Positions 12,721 to 33,219 of a stretch of 64,000 bases of DNA are shown here, piece by piece (within the stretch, counting starts at the first letter, position 1; the number at the start of each line of letters is the position of its first letter). The stretch lies in the NCBI GenBank assembly GCA_002269645.1, contig NIVC01001199.1, positions 186,001 to 250,000 on the forward strand, in the 5' to 3' direction. Below the pieces are notes generated by a model. That model searched no databases, was not told where the DNA came from, and was given only the letters and a program-made list of their open reading frames with translations. Source of the DNA: Macrostomum lignano (lineage: Eukaryota). Made by a program: the position numbers and the translations under genes.

Positions 12721-14906
12721 ACGTGCAGCTGCTTGAAGGAGCAGCTCGACATTCGCGCGAGCGTACTTGCATTCGGAAAAAAATCATGCATACCTACAAC
12801 ACAGTATATCCGCTTATCAATTATAATCGGCAGCCATGTAGACATGAAAAAATAGGTTTATTAAAAAGGCCAAATTCCCTATAATGCAAAGAAAGATTTG
12901 TTATGTTTGTTTCTATGAATTTAAAACCGCTAATGGATGAAATATTTTATAATTTAATTTTAAAATGTGAGTGCCCGCCGTATCGCCGAGGTTAAAGCTA
13001 TACCTCGTAATTTGTACTCATTTTTGTATTAATATTTATACTCGTTGTCACTTTTCGTCTAAAAATACCGTAAAAATTCTGGCGCGCTTTCAAATACTTT
13101 ATCTTTTACAATAACTCAGCAAATCGTCGTCAAATCGTCTTTATAAACTTCTATATTCGAAAATTCCAAATACATAGCTCTATAATATATTGGCCAAACA
13201 GGCTAATTGCCTGAGCCAAATTCTCTTACTTACTACTACTACTGCCGTGCACTGCTCGGCCAGCGAGAGGGACAGATTGGCGTAGGCCTACGCAAATAGA
13301 GCAGCGTAGTAATAGTAGTATATAGTATATAGTATATTTAGATTTAAGGCTAATGCTTACGTTTTGGTTGAAGCATGGGTAGATCTAGCCAAGCAATATT
13401 ACCTTGCAGCAAGTAGGCCCTAGCTTGAATGCTACAACAACAATCTAAATAACTAATGTAATATTAGGCCTATCAATAATTTCATATTAACGCCGGCAAT
13501 AAAGTGGTTTTCTTTACCTTGGCTGCCTGCTTTTCGCTTCTGAAGTTATGTTTATTATTTATTCATGTATCCAGATTCCAGACTATGCCTAGGGGCCTAG
13601 GCCTACTTCTGTGTGTTCAAATAGAAATCTGAATCTGTGTCATTATGTTAAGTCTTAAGATTAGGCCCTAGGCCTAACCAAATTTCATTTGGTAGGGGCT
13701 TAGTTTATAGTATAGTTGTAAATTATAATAGGCTTATAACATTAACACACTTAATTTAAAGTAGTAGGGGCCTAGGCCTAGGCCCTATATACTTTGCCTC
13801 TTTAAAGGGACAAATAATTATTTTTTAAGTTTGTATTTGATTTTATTCCTAATTTGGGTCTTATCCTATTATTATTTAGCATAGGCCCCCTAGCCTAGTT
13901 ATAGGCAAAATTATGGCTAAATTTTGTTTTTCTCTACTAGTATTAGGCCTAGGTCTAGTTGTAGCCATAGGGCCTAAGATTGAGAGTTATAGTAGGTTCC
14001 ATTCTTAACTAGGCCTATTTTTATTCTATTCTATTCATTTAATAATTCTTATCCTAGCCTTGCCCTTAGTAGGCCTATAGTTATAATAATAATAGTTAGG
14101 CCTATAATTAAGCTTTATGCCAGACTATAGAGCCTATAGCAAAGAACAAGGGTCATAGCAAAACTAGATTCATACATGCGCAACCTCCAAAATTTGGTCG
14201 GCTGTGCGACTTAGTTTTAACCAAATATGACAAGTTTTTGGCCAAAATGCAATTTACCTGTGAAAGAAACCCAAAGCAAAATTGACACAATTTTGGGTAA
14301 ATAGCAGGAGTAACTATAATTATCCTACAAGGGTTAAATGCTTCATCACTTAATTAGTACTATGTTTTTATTTTTTGGGTTGGCATCTTTGAAACTTACC
14401 TTGGTTGGCTGCCAAATCAGGCAGCCAGATTGGCCAACTTGGCCAACTGTTGCACATGTTCATGTATGACTAGATTTATTAGATAAAATTTGGTTAGGCC
14501 TATTTTATTCAATAAGAAATAGTCTAGTAATATAATTCTAGGCTTTGATATTTAAGCCCTTGGTTTTTTGTGAAAATTATTCTGCCATTAGGCATAATAG
14601 CATCAAAATTGTTATGCTATTTTCAATTTTGATATGCCATTGGCATAAAATATAAAATAGCACTTTCTAAGTATGTCATGGCATATCTATGACTATAATA
14701 CAAAATATCAAATTTAGGCCTAATGTCATATTGCCATGATCTACAAAAATTGAAAATAGCAAGGTTTTTTTGGCTTTATTATGAGTAGGCTACCTAGGTT
14801 GAAATGCGATTGAAATGCTCTATATTTGTCTATTGTTACTATCTATAGTCAAAGCAAATCTGCTCACGGCTGATTTAAGCATTGGTAAAATTGGATATAG
14901 AGCCTA

Positions 14907-15079
14907 ACATATTAAATTATAGGACTCATTATAAGATTTGTAAACACCGCCCCCCTCACTTTTGTCATATGATCCCCCCAGTTCATTGGACCTATGTTGT
15001 TATACCAAGGGTGATTGTATGACAAAAGTGAGGGGGCGGTACTTGTGAATCTTATAATGAATCCTATAATTTAATATGT
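14907..15079. repeat. Long inverted repeat (~60-bp arms, ~47-nt loop), MITE- or hairpin-like
   Basis: ACATATTAAATTATAGGACTCATTATAAGATTTG...CCGCCCCCTCACTTTTGTCATA pairs with TATGACAAAAGTGAGGGGGCGG...AATCTTATAATGAATCCTATAATTTAATATGT. Confidence 0.85.
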
Positions 15080-17031
15080 CTGCAGATATATTAGAATTAG
15101 AGGCTGCAATTGATTGTTTGGTTGAAATGTCTATTATAGCGACCATTCCTAGGCCCCTACCATTTTGTCATACGATCCCTCTAATACAATTTTATTATTG
15201 GTGTGATTGTAAGTTTAAATCTACAAGCTCTTTCAGTTTTTTCTTGCAATCATCTACATATAATTTCACCATTTAAATGATTGTATGACAAAAGTGAATA
15301 TAAGCTATACCCTTCCATAAATATACTAGGTACGCCTATATTTCAGTGCTCTACAGTGACAATTTCAATTTAGGTCACAGTAATCCAGTCAATTTAGTTA
15401 TACAATCCCTCTAATACAAATCTACTACTGGTGTGATCGTAATTCAAAACCTATAAGCTCTTTTGGTTTTGTCTTGCAATTATCTAGGCCTATATATAAA
15501 TTTACCATTTAAATGATCATATAATGAAAGTGAATATAAGGACAGGCTTCTAACTTCTATGAGACACAAGATTTTATGTTTTAAAAATGATATGCTTAGA
15601 AGTGGTCCCATTTTGAAGTTTGATTTTAAGAGCAATTTTCTGTCCTCTGTGGGGGGATCGTATAACGAAAGTCCTGACTCCCATAGAGACAGTGCTAGGT
15701 GATCGTAAAATGAAAGAATGCCAAGTATTGCTGCACCTTGCAAATTCTTTTGACATAAATCCCTACAACTTTAAACAGCTTTGTTTAACGCTATTTCTTT
15801 AATTGTATAGACAAGCTTTTGGTATAATCATTTGGGTTTTTTTTATCAAAAATGCAGTCCCATGCTAGGTCTAATACCCCCATGCTTTTTTTGATGCCAG
15901 GTGGTATCAAAAAATTTCAAAATGAATAAAAGTCCTATCTTTAACCTATCCCTTCCACATTGCTCTGACTTGAAGTTTAAGCTAAGTTAAATTCTAAATT
16001 CCCAATGTGCTACATGTCTTTTCTATTGAATTCTATCCTATTTTGGATCAAGTATTAGATAATTTAATTTGTTATAAGTTTGGTAAGTTGGAATCAACCT
16101 CAAAAAGACAGGGTGCCAATTTGGCATTCGGGGTCCAAATCTAAGATGCCAAAATTGAAGTCAAGATGATAAAGCACCCATATACCAAAAAACCTAGATA
16201 ATCATGTAAGTTCAATAGCTATATAATTCTGTCACTGTTGATAGAGTTAGAAAGCTACAAGGCAATGTCTAATTGTAGCCAAAGGATGCTACTTAAAATG
16301 ATTATAGTTTTATAACTTTCCAGTTTCTTGTTACATTTTTATAGTTACTGATATTGACTTTTAAGATCCCCCTTATATAGTGCTAGCATTAGGCCTAATT
16401 GACTAGTAATTGAGAAAATTAGCTCTGGTGCAATGTGGTAGTGCCATAATCTAGTAACAGTACAATAGTATGCCTAACAATTATAGAAGGTGTCTACTGT
16501 CTTAAGCACCTTGAAAAAGGGTACTAGTGTAGTATGGCACACCTAAAATTTATAAAGTATCTAGCATGTGTCTGCAGGTTTTCTAAAAGTTTTTGGTATG
16601 CATCTGTAGGTTTTTAAAAATTATTCCGATGAGGGCATTAAGTGGTTAAAAGTAGAATTTTTATAAAAGGTATTTTTAGTTAAGAATAAAAATTATTATT
16701 TTACCTATGGTATACTAATGCAACCAACTATTGCAATATAATAATTTACATTTGATTATCTTCTTTGACCAAAGCATGGCTGAATTATAAAAGCCACAAG
16801 TTTAAATGCTAGCACATTGGCCATCATTTGGTATCTGCTTAATAGCAAACAGTCAATTAGCAAAAAACCTGTGCTGCAGCTAGGGTAAGACAAGAAGTTG
16901 GATGCCCTACACATTAGCTTATTGTTATTTTTGTTTGGGCCTAACTTTCAAGAGCACATATCAAGATCAATGCTACATGTAATTGCTCACTTATTAATTT
17001 ATTATTGCCCTCGCCGAACCTGGGTTTCCAG

Positions 17032-18000
17032 GACCCCTCAGCAGCAGCAGCTTGCAAAGCCTCCGGCGGCAAGCGACGTCGTAAGCCCCTGAAATCTCAG
17101 ACGCCCCAGGCGTCTTTGGTGCCTCAGATGTCCCTCTCGCTTCATCAGCAGCAGCACCAGCAGATGCCGCCGCATCAGCAGCAGTCGTTGCATTCGCAAC
17201 CTCAGCTGCCTCATCATCATCAGCAACAGCATCAGCCGCATCATCACATGCAGCAGCAGCATCAGCCGCATTCCTCTTCTGTCCAGCATCTGCAGCAACA
17301 TCAGCCGGTTCCTCATCATCAGCTGCTGCCGCACGCGCTCGCCCAGCAACAGCAGGCGGCCGCATTCGGCTTAGGCGAGCACCTGTCACTGGGGAGCCTG
17401 CGCATCAGCTTTGCCCCTGTTTTCACTTGCAACCTGTGCGAGCGAGCATTCACCGATCGGGCCTCGTTTGAGCAGCACAATACTACTCATATTCGCGGCG
17501 AACTACTCATCAATACTACTAATAATAACAGTAGTAACAACAGTACCGGTACAAATCGGCCAGTCGCAACCTCGGATTCTGCTGGCGGAGCCGCCGCCAC
17601 CACCGCAGCATCGGCCCCAACTGGCCCCAACACCACCGACGTCCGCGGCGGCAAGCGGAAGCCGCACAAATGCGAACTGTGCCTGAAGCAGTTCCGTCAG
17701 AAGGCCCACCTCAGTCACCATTTGATGACGCATTCGGGTGCCAAGCCGTTCAAATGTTCCGTTTGCGAGCGCAGCTTTCCGCAGCAGTACTCGCTTAGTC
17801 GGCACATGCAGCGCCACAACGACGACCGGCCATTTGCCTGTCCGATCTGCGGCCGGGCCTTCCGCCAGAAGGTGCACCTAGACGCGCACGAGCGGACGCA
17901 TTCGGGCCACAAGCCGTTCTGCTGCCGGTTCTGCTCTAAGCAGTTCGGGCACCGGTATTCTCTTGATCGGCATGTCAGCCAGCTGCACCCTCTGGCCTGA
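17032..18000 (+). CDS. C2H2 zinc-finger transcription factor (5 fingers, Q/H-rich N-terminus); main/last coding exon
   Basis: One isolated finger (CNLC...HNTTH) and four tandem fingers with SGAKP/NDDRP/SGHKP linkers. Acceptor TTTCCAG at 17025-17031 (phase 0); stop TGA at 17998-18000. The start codon is not determined (upstream exon, or internal ATG at 17128). Confidence 0.9.
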   Translation, partial: DPSAAAACKASGGKRRRKPLKSQTPQASLVPQMSLSLHQQQHQQMPPHQQQSLHSQPQLPHHHQQQHQPHHHMQQQHQPHSSSVQHLQQHQPVPHHQLLPHALAQQQQAAAFGLGEHLSLGSLRISFAPVFTCNLCERAFTDRASFEQHNTTHIRGELLINTTNNNSSNNSTGTNRPVATSDSAGGAAATTAASAPTGPNTTDVRGGKRKPHKCELCLKQFRQKAHLSHHLMTHSGAKPFKCSVCERSFPQQYSLSRHMQRHNDDRPFACPICGRAFRQKVHLDAHERTHSGHKPFCCRFCSKQFGHRYSLDRHVSQLHPLA

Positions 18001-18705
18001 CCGGTTCGGTTCTGGCACACTTCACTGCCTTGAAGCTTGGCGCTGAAATCTCGCATCCGTCACTCTGGAGCCCCTTCCTACCTGAAAGAATTGACTATCG
18101 CCCTCCCAACAGTGCCTGGGCACCCGTTTTTGGAGGCTTTTGATCGAAGAATTGTACCCCTAATTGTGCCTAAAAATAAAGAGCCTTAAGACTTGGCTGC
18201 CAGTGAAATTTCACTGCCAGTGACATTTTGACTGCCAGTGACATTTAACTGCAAGTGAAATTTGACTGCCAAGGTACATTCATTTGACATTTGACTACCA
18301 GTGAAAATTGATGACCAGTGTCATTTGACTGCCAGTGACATTTGACTGCCAGTGACATTTTTACTGCCAGTGACATTTGGCTGTCTAAAATTGACCGATA
18401 GCCCTAACCCATACCCAAGCTTATTTTGTAAGCTTGACGCTCGACAGTGCTTTAACTGAATCTCTCTAGCTTGTTCTTAACTACGAGTATTTTTTTTATC
18501 CACTAATTCCACTGCTGCACTTTTAAATTGGGCGCTATATACTGTATGTGCATTGGCTGACAGATATCAGAATTACTACGAGTATATAGATTGTCTGAGA
18601 TAACAGTAAATACTTCTGTCTTTGAAGGCACTGAATAGTTGTACTGGCTTTATCTGCGTTTCACTACTAACTGGTTGTAATTAGTAGTATGTTGAGCTTA
18701 AGACT

Positions 18706-19208
18706 GGAATTGCGACTTTTGACTGCGGACGATCAAGTTTAGATTTAGTGTTTAGGTTAGGGTTTTGGTTTACGTTTGACTTAGAGTTTAGGCTAGGGTT
18801 TGGATTAGGTTAGAATTGAAGATTAGGCTAGGGTTTGGCTTAGGTTAGACTTGGGGTTTAGGTTAGGTTTGGATTAGGTTAGACTTAAAGTTTAGGCTAG
18901 GGTTTGGATTAGGTTAGACTTGGGGTTTATGTTAGGGTTTGGATTAGGTTAGACTTAGAGTTTAGGCTAGGGTTTGGATTAGGTTAGACTTGGGGTTTAG
19001 GTTAGGGTTTGGATTAGGTTAGACTTAGAGTTTAGGCTAGGGTTTGGATTAGGTTAGACTTAAAGTTTAAGTTAGGGTTGGGTTAGGGTTTGTTTGGGTT
19101 ATGATTTAGGTTAGTGCTTGTGTTTGGGTTAGAGTTTGACTTATGTTTAGGATTTAGGTATGGATTAGAGTCGGTAGTCAATTGGTGGCAGTGAAGAGTC
19201 GCAGACCC
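18706..19208. mobile_element. TIR-bounded element filled with telomere-like (TTAGGG-derived) ~35-bp repeats
   Basis: TGCGACTTTTGACTGC (18711-18726) matches the reverse complement of GCAGTGAAGAGTCGCA (19188-19203) at 14/16. The interior is GGTTAG/TTAGGG-rich. Confidence 0.55.
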
Positions 19209-19829
19209 CTAAGTCTGTCTACTAAACGTGGAACATCTGTCAAAAAATGGCTCATGTTAATGATACACAGCATTGCGTACTTCAATGCTTTATTTCTCCA
19301 GCTTTGTTTTGTTGCGTGTTTCATAGATTTTTACCTGTATATTTATTGTATAGTTAATTATTAATCGAACTTAACCATAGCCAATAAATATTGTTTATTA
19401 ACTAGCCATACTGTTAGAGTATCTTGTTGCTAATGTGTTTGTACATGCATGCTCTTAGATGGTTGCTGAGACACGGATTAATATAGCGCTCTATGCTGTG
19501 GTTGGGTTAACAATATATTATTACCTTTTAAATAAATCCACAAGGCATGAATCCAGCTGTCTGTAAATTTACATTCACTATCAAATATTCTTTCCATATT
19601 TATCGTTTTGTTAAGTAAACTTTAACCGTATAGCAAATTATTATATTTTGCGATTATTAGCTGTACAATCCTTTGTTTCTTATAGATCAATTAATTATAC
19701 ACTTGAATTGAAATTCACCTATGTATAAGTTGTAGCTTTATAAATTATTTTTTTTAATTGCTTTTTCTCTGTACGCAAGTCGTATAGTGGACATATTAAT
19801 ATAGATTGTATTTTTAGGTTGGGTAGCTG

Positions 19830-20782
19830 CGATGGGGTAGCACCACACTGAATACCCAGGTGAGCAGGTGGGGGGGGGGTACGTAGCACCGCACTGAATA
19901 CCCAGGTGAGGGAGGGGTAGCACCGCACTGATTACCCAGGTGAGCAGGTGGGGGAGGGGTAGCACCGCACTGATTACCCAGGTGAGCAGGTGGGGGAGGG
20001 GTAGCACCGCACTGATTACCCAGGTGAGCAGGTAGGGGGGGAGGGGTAGCACCGCACTGATTACCCAGGTGAGCAGGTGGGGGAGGGGTAGCACCGCACT
20101 GATTACCCAGGTGAGCAGGTGGGGGAGGGGTAGCACCGCACTGATTACCCAAGTGAGCAGGTGGGGGAGGGGTAGCACCGCACTGATTACCCAGGTGAGC
20201 AGGTGGGGGAGGGGTAGCACCGCACTGATTACCCAAGTGAGCAGATGGGGGAGGGGTAGCACCGCACTGAATACCCACGGGAGCAGATGGGGGAGGGGTA
20301 GCACCGCACTGAATACCCAGGTGGGGGGGGGGAGGGGGGAGGGGTAGCACCACCAGGTGAGCAGGTGGGGGGGAGGGGTAGCACCGCACTGAATACCCAG
20401 GTGAGCAGGTGGGGGGGGGAGGGGTAGCACCGCACTGAATACCCAGGTGAGCAGGTGGGGGGGGAGGGTAGCACCGCACTGAATATCCAGGTGAGCAGGT
20501 GGGGGGGAGGGGTAGTACCGCACTGAATACCCAGGTGAGCAGGTGGGGGGGGGGGGTAGCACCGCACTGAATACCCAGGTGAGCAGGTAGGGGGGGAGGG
20601 GTAGCACCGCACTGAATACCCAGGTGAGCAGGTGGGGGGGGGTAGCACCGCACTGATTACCCAGGTGAGCAGGTGGGGGGGGTAGCACCGCACTGATTAC
20701 CCAGGTGAGCAGGTGGGGGGGGGGTAGCACCGCACTGAATACCCAGGTGAGCAGGTGGGGGCGGGGGTACTGTTGCACCGCA
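19830..20782. repeat. G-rich minisatellite, ~40-44 bp unit (GTAGCACCGCACTGAATACCCAGGTGAGCAGGTGGGGGAGGG)
   Basis: Directly visible tandem array ending ~90 bp before the MED11 ATG. Confidence 0.95.
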
Positions 20783-20869
20783 CTATAATAGATATATTCT
20801 CAGATTTTATACTAGCACAAATAATAAGCAGCGGATTTCATAACCACCAGCTTTCAGCAGCAAGGCCAG

Positions 20870-21319
20870 ATGTCATCCAAGAAAGCTCCGGCCGCCGCCC
20901 CAGTTGTTGTTAGCCGCCTCCTAGAAGATCGGCTAGCAAAACTAGAAGAAGTAGAGAAGAAAGTCGACCAAGTGTTGCAGTTTGCGTCCAATACTCTGGA
21001 AGAGATGGGCAAAGATCGAACCGTCCAGAAAACTGTTGACGATCATACGAAAAAGTTTATTAACAGTTTGCGCGAAGTTGAAAAAGATATGCTAGAGCAG
21101 TTGACTTACCTGAATCAGGTGAGCTGCGGGCATCCGTACGAGAGCTCCGCCTATGCCGCTAGGCTTCAATCTGATCAAGCCACTGAGCAGGCGGCTATTG
21201 TGGCCAATCAGTTGGATGATTTAATCGCAATCTGTGCCCAGTCTGCCAACGGTTCGTCAGGAGCAACCGCTGGCGGTGATCTCGGTACAGATTTCGAAAT
21301 GGGCGCCGGATCCAATTAG
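20870..21319 (+). CDS. MED11: Mediator of RNA polymerase II transcription subunit 11 (149 aa, single coding exon)
   Basis: RLAKLEEVEKKVDQVL...LTYLNQVSCGHPYESSAY matches the Med11 signature (human RLRALEDIE...IRYLTQVATGQPHEGSSY, from memory). Confidence 0.9.
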   Translation: MSSKKAPAAAPVVVSRLLEDRLAKLEEVEKKVDQVLQFASNTLEEMGKDRTVQKTVDDHTKKFINSLREVEKDMLEQLTYLNQVSCGHPYESSAYAARLQSDQATEQAAIVANQLDDLIAICAQSANGSSGATAGGDLGTDFEMGAGSN

Positions 21320-21419
21320 GCCAATGAATAACTTCAGAGAGTACTTGTTAACTCATTTCGTGAGAAAAGTGACTTTCCTGCTTTTGTCTTCTGTATTATC
21401 TGTGCTCCCTTGTATTTTC

Positions 21420-22560
21420 CCTCCCCGTGTCTACCCTCCCCGTGTCTACCCTCCTAGTGTCTGCCCTCCCCGTGTCTACCCTCCTAGTGTCTGCCCTCCC
21501 GTGTCTACCCTCCCCGTGTCTACCCTCCTAGTGTCTACCCTCCCCGTGTCTACCCTCCCCGTGTCTACCCTCCCCGTGTCTACCCTCCTAGTGTCTACCC
21601 TCCTAGTGTCTGCCCTCCCCGTGTCCACCCTCCCCGTGTCTACCCTCCTAGTGTCTGCCCTCCCCGTGTCTACCCTCCCCGTGTCTACCCTCCTAGTGTC
21701 TACCCTCCTAGTGTCTGCCCTCCCCGTGTCCACCCTCCCCGTGTCTACCCTCCCCGTGTCTACCCTCCTAGTGTCTACCCTCCTAGTGTCTGCCCTCCCC
21801 GTGTCTACCCTCCTAGTGTCTACCCTCCTAGTGTCTGCCCTCCCCGTGTCCACCCTCCCCGTGTCTACCCTCCCCGTGTTTACCCTCCCCGTGTCTACCC
21901 TCCTAGTGTCTGCCCTCCCCGTGTCTACCCTCCCCGTGTCTACCCTCCTAGTGTCTACCCTCCTAGTGTCTACCCTCCTAGTGTCTGCCCTCCCCGTGTC
22001 CACCCTCCCCGTGTCTACCCTCCTAGTGTCTGCCCTCCCCGTGTCTACCCTCCTAGTGTCTACCCTCCTAGTGTCTGCCCTCCCCGTGTCTACCCTCCCC
22101 GTGTCTGCCCTTCCTGTATCTACCCTCCCCGTATCTACCCTCCCCGTGTCTGCCCTCCCAGTGTCTGCCCTCCCAGTGTCTGTCCTCCACATGAATACCC
22201 TCCTAGTGCCTACCCTCCCCATGAATACCCTCCTAGTGCCTACCCTCCTAGTGTCTACCCTCCTAGTGTCTGCCCTCCCCATGAATACCCTCCTAGTGCC
22301 TACCCTCCTAGTGTCTATCCTCCTAGTTTCTGCCCTCCCCATGAATACCCTCCTAGTGTCTGCCCTCCCCATGAATACCCTCCTAGTGCCTACCCTCCTA
22401 GTGTCTACTCTCCTAGTGTCTGCCCTCCCCATGAATACCCTCCTAGTGTCTACCCTCCTAGTGTCTGCCCTCCTAGTGTCTGCTCTCCCCATGAATACCC
22501 TCCTAGTGTCTACCCTCCTAGTGTCTGCCCTTCTAGTGTCTACCCTCCCAGTGTCTTCCA
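21420..22560. repeat. 15-bp minisatellite (GTGTCTACCCTCCCC / GTGTCTACCCTCCTA)
   Basis: Directly visible. It produces the artefactual ORFs 21234-22661 and 21476-22579. Confidence 0.95.
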
Positions 22561-22905
22561 TCCAATGCCTACCATCCAATGCCTACCATCCTTGTGTCAA
22601 CCCCCCCTTCCCAGTGTCCACTGCCCCAGTGTCGTTCCGCTCTCAGTGCTCAAATGCCTAAATAATGGAGTTATTGTTAAGCATTTACTTGTACATGCGT
22701 GCGAATGTGGCCCGAAATGCTTATATATTTAGCCAATTTACATTAGCCAAGAAATAAATGCTGTACAAAATTGTGTTATCTTTTTTCCTTTCTTATTAAA
22801 TACTTATCAAGCATTCAACGACTGGAAGTCTGTACACGAAATGGAAAATTCCAAGTTTTCATTTTCTTATTTTTCAGACAATAATTGTTTTCGCTCGCAT
22901 CAACA

Positions 22906-31246
<8,341 letters not shown>

Positions 31247-31567
31247 ACAAAACGCACAGTTGCATTGGGTTGCGAATCTCTGCTGATATTTGTTTTTGGT
31301 GTCAGATACGTCTGGTATTACGTTAAAAATGTCTCAATTCGATAATAGCTAGCTAGCTACTAAATTCGATAATGGTTTAAGTAGGTTAAAACGAGTATAG
31401 TCATTATTATTTATGTTGTCCAGAATTTTTTGAGTGCTTATAAAAATAGAATTGTCTGAAAATTTTGATTCAGTAGTACAGTACGAGTTTTTTGCTATTT
31501 TGATATAAATCTGTTTTACTCGGTTATTGGGTAAGTATTAAAAAGTGGTGTTTTTTACCGCAATTAG

Positions 31568-32270
31568 AACACGACTGCTCACTGACGCTATTTGACTGCT
31601 CACGATTCAGGTTACAGTTAAGGTTTAGGAATTAGCCTTTAGACTAGTGTTTAGGGTGGGTTTAGGTTTAGGTTAGATTTTGGTTTAGATTAGGGTTATC
31701 TTTTAAGTAAGAGTTGGACCTTAGGTTAGGGGTTTAGATTGGGATTATTGGGTTATGGTTTAGTAATTATTAAGGTTTAGAATAGCGTTTTAGGTTAGTT
31801 TTAGTTTCAGGTTAGGTTTTAGGTTAGGTTTGTTTAGGGTTAGGTTTTAGGTTAGGTTTGTTTAGGGTTAGGTTTTAGGTTAGGTTTGTTTAGGGTTAGG
31901 TTTTAGGTTAGGTTTGTTTAGGGTTAGGTTTTAGGTTAGGTTTGTTTAGGGTTAGGTTTTAGGTTAGGTTTGTTTAGGGTTAGGTTTTAGGTTAGGTTTG
32001 TTTAGGGTTAGGTTTTAGGTTAGGTTTGTTTAGGGTTAGGTTTTAGGTTAGGTTTGTTTAGGGTTAGGTTTTAGGTTAGGTTTGTTTAGGGTTAGGTTTT
32101 AGGTTAGGTTTGTTTAGGGTTAGGTTTTAGGTTAGGTTTGTTTAGGGTTAGGTTTGTTTAGGGTTAGAGTTTCGTTTAGGGTTACAGTTTAGGTTAGGGT
32201 AGTTTAGGGTTAGAGTTTAGGTTAGGGTTGGGTTCGGCAGTCCATTAGTGGCACTCAATCGTCGCAGACC
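31568..32270. mobile_element. Second telomere-like-repeat element (28-bp GGGTTAGGTTTTAGGTTAGGTTTGTTTA array)
   Basis: Right end CGGCAGTCCATTAGTGGCAC...GTCGCAGACC is homologous to the right end of 18706-19208. Tandem core ~31800-32150. Confidence 0.55.
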
Positions 32271-33219
32271 GGACACAGTGCCCCATACATGATGATTGTC
32301 ATCAAGCGCTGTATCTGTCCTTATCTACTTATGCACGCAACTTGTTTTAATCTGTCTGTCTTTCTCTGTGCGATGCATATATTGATATAAAATTGATTAT
32401 TATTGATCCACTATTGAAATGGTCCTGTGTGTTTTATTTATTGCTTCATCGCTTTAATATCTCTTTTTGTTTTAATTTTCCACGCTGACGCGTGCAAACA
32501 TTCCTCAGCTAATTTTAATAGTTATATACGCCTCGTGTACTACTGTCTTTTTCTAGTAGTATCAGCTGGAGTAGTTTATTTAATAAAAAAATCAATTTGA
32601 AATTCTATCTGTTTTATCCCCCCCTCTTGGCTGTTTTTAATAATTGTTGTTTCTTTTGTTTATCTTCTTTGTCTTTGTTAACGCAAATCTGAATATGGAA
32701 AGGGGCATTTGAGAAGCCAGTATGAGATTGCAGATATTTGAATTTTTCGATGTATTTTATTTTAGGATCTATTACTGTAAGTAGGATATTATAAAGTAAT
32801 ACAATGGCTGTGCTGTTGAGTATTGTAAGTCTTTGTTGTCTTGAAGAGAATTTGTTTTCTTTTTAACCTTGCTCTTGATAAACATCAAATATTTATTATG
32901 TTTGGAATTTGTAAATCTATAATACTCAGACGGTTATTCGTCTCATTTCTTTTGTTCGCCGCAATATCTCAATTTCATATATTCGTACACATCATATTTA
33001 CTTGCCGTTTCTGGGATAAACTATTCATCAGCGAATTGCTAATAAAGTGTGATGCTGGGACAGTGCGGTCTATTGGTGATATTGTTATATAAATAAATTG
33101 TATTCATTATATAATTAGATGCTGTGTTATTGAAGCCTGCTGGTATGTTTTAAAGATTTTGGTGTTCTACTTTGTTGATTTTTTACTCGCTAATGAAATT
33201 TGGCGGGTGAGATTTCCAC

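Noticed and set aside
31800-32150. True telomere or chromosome end
   Set aside because: Repeats are degenerate 28-bp higher-order units, internal, and flanked by unique DNA on both sides.
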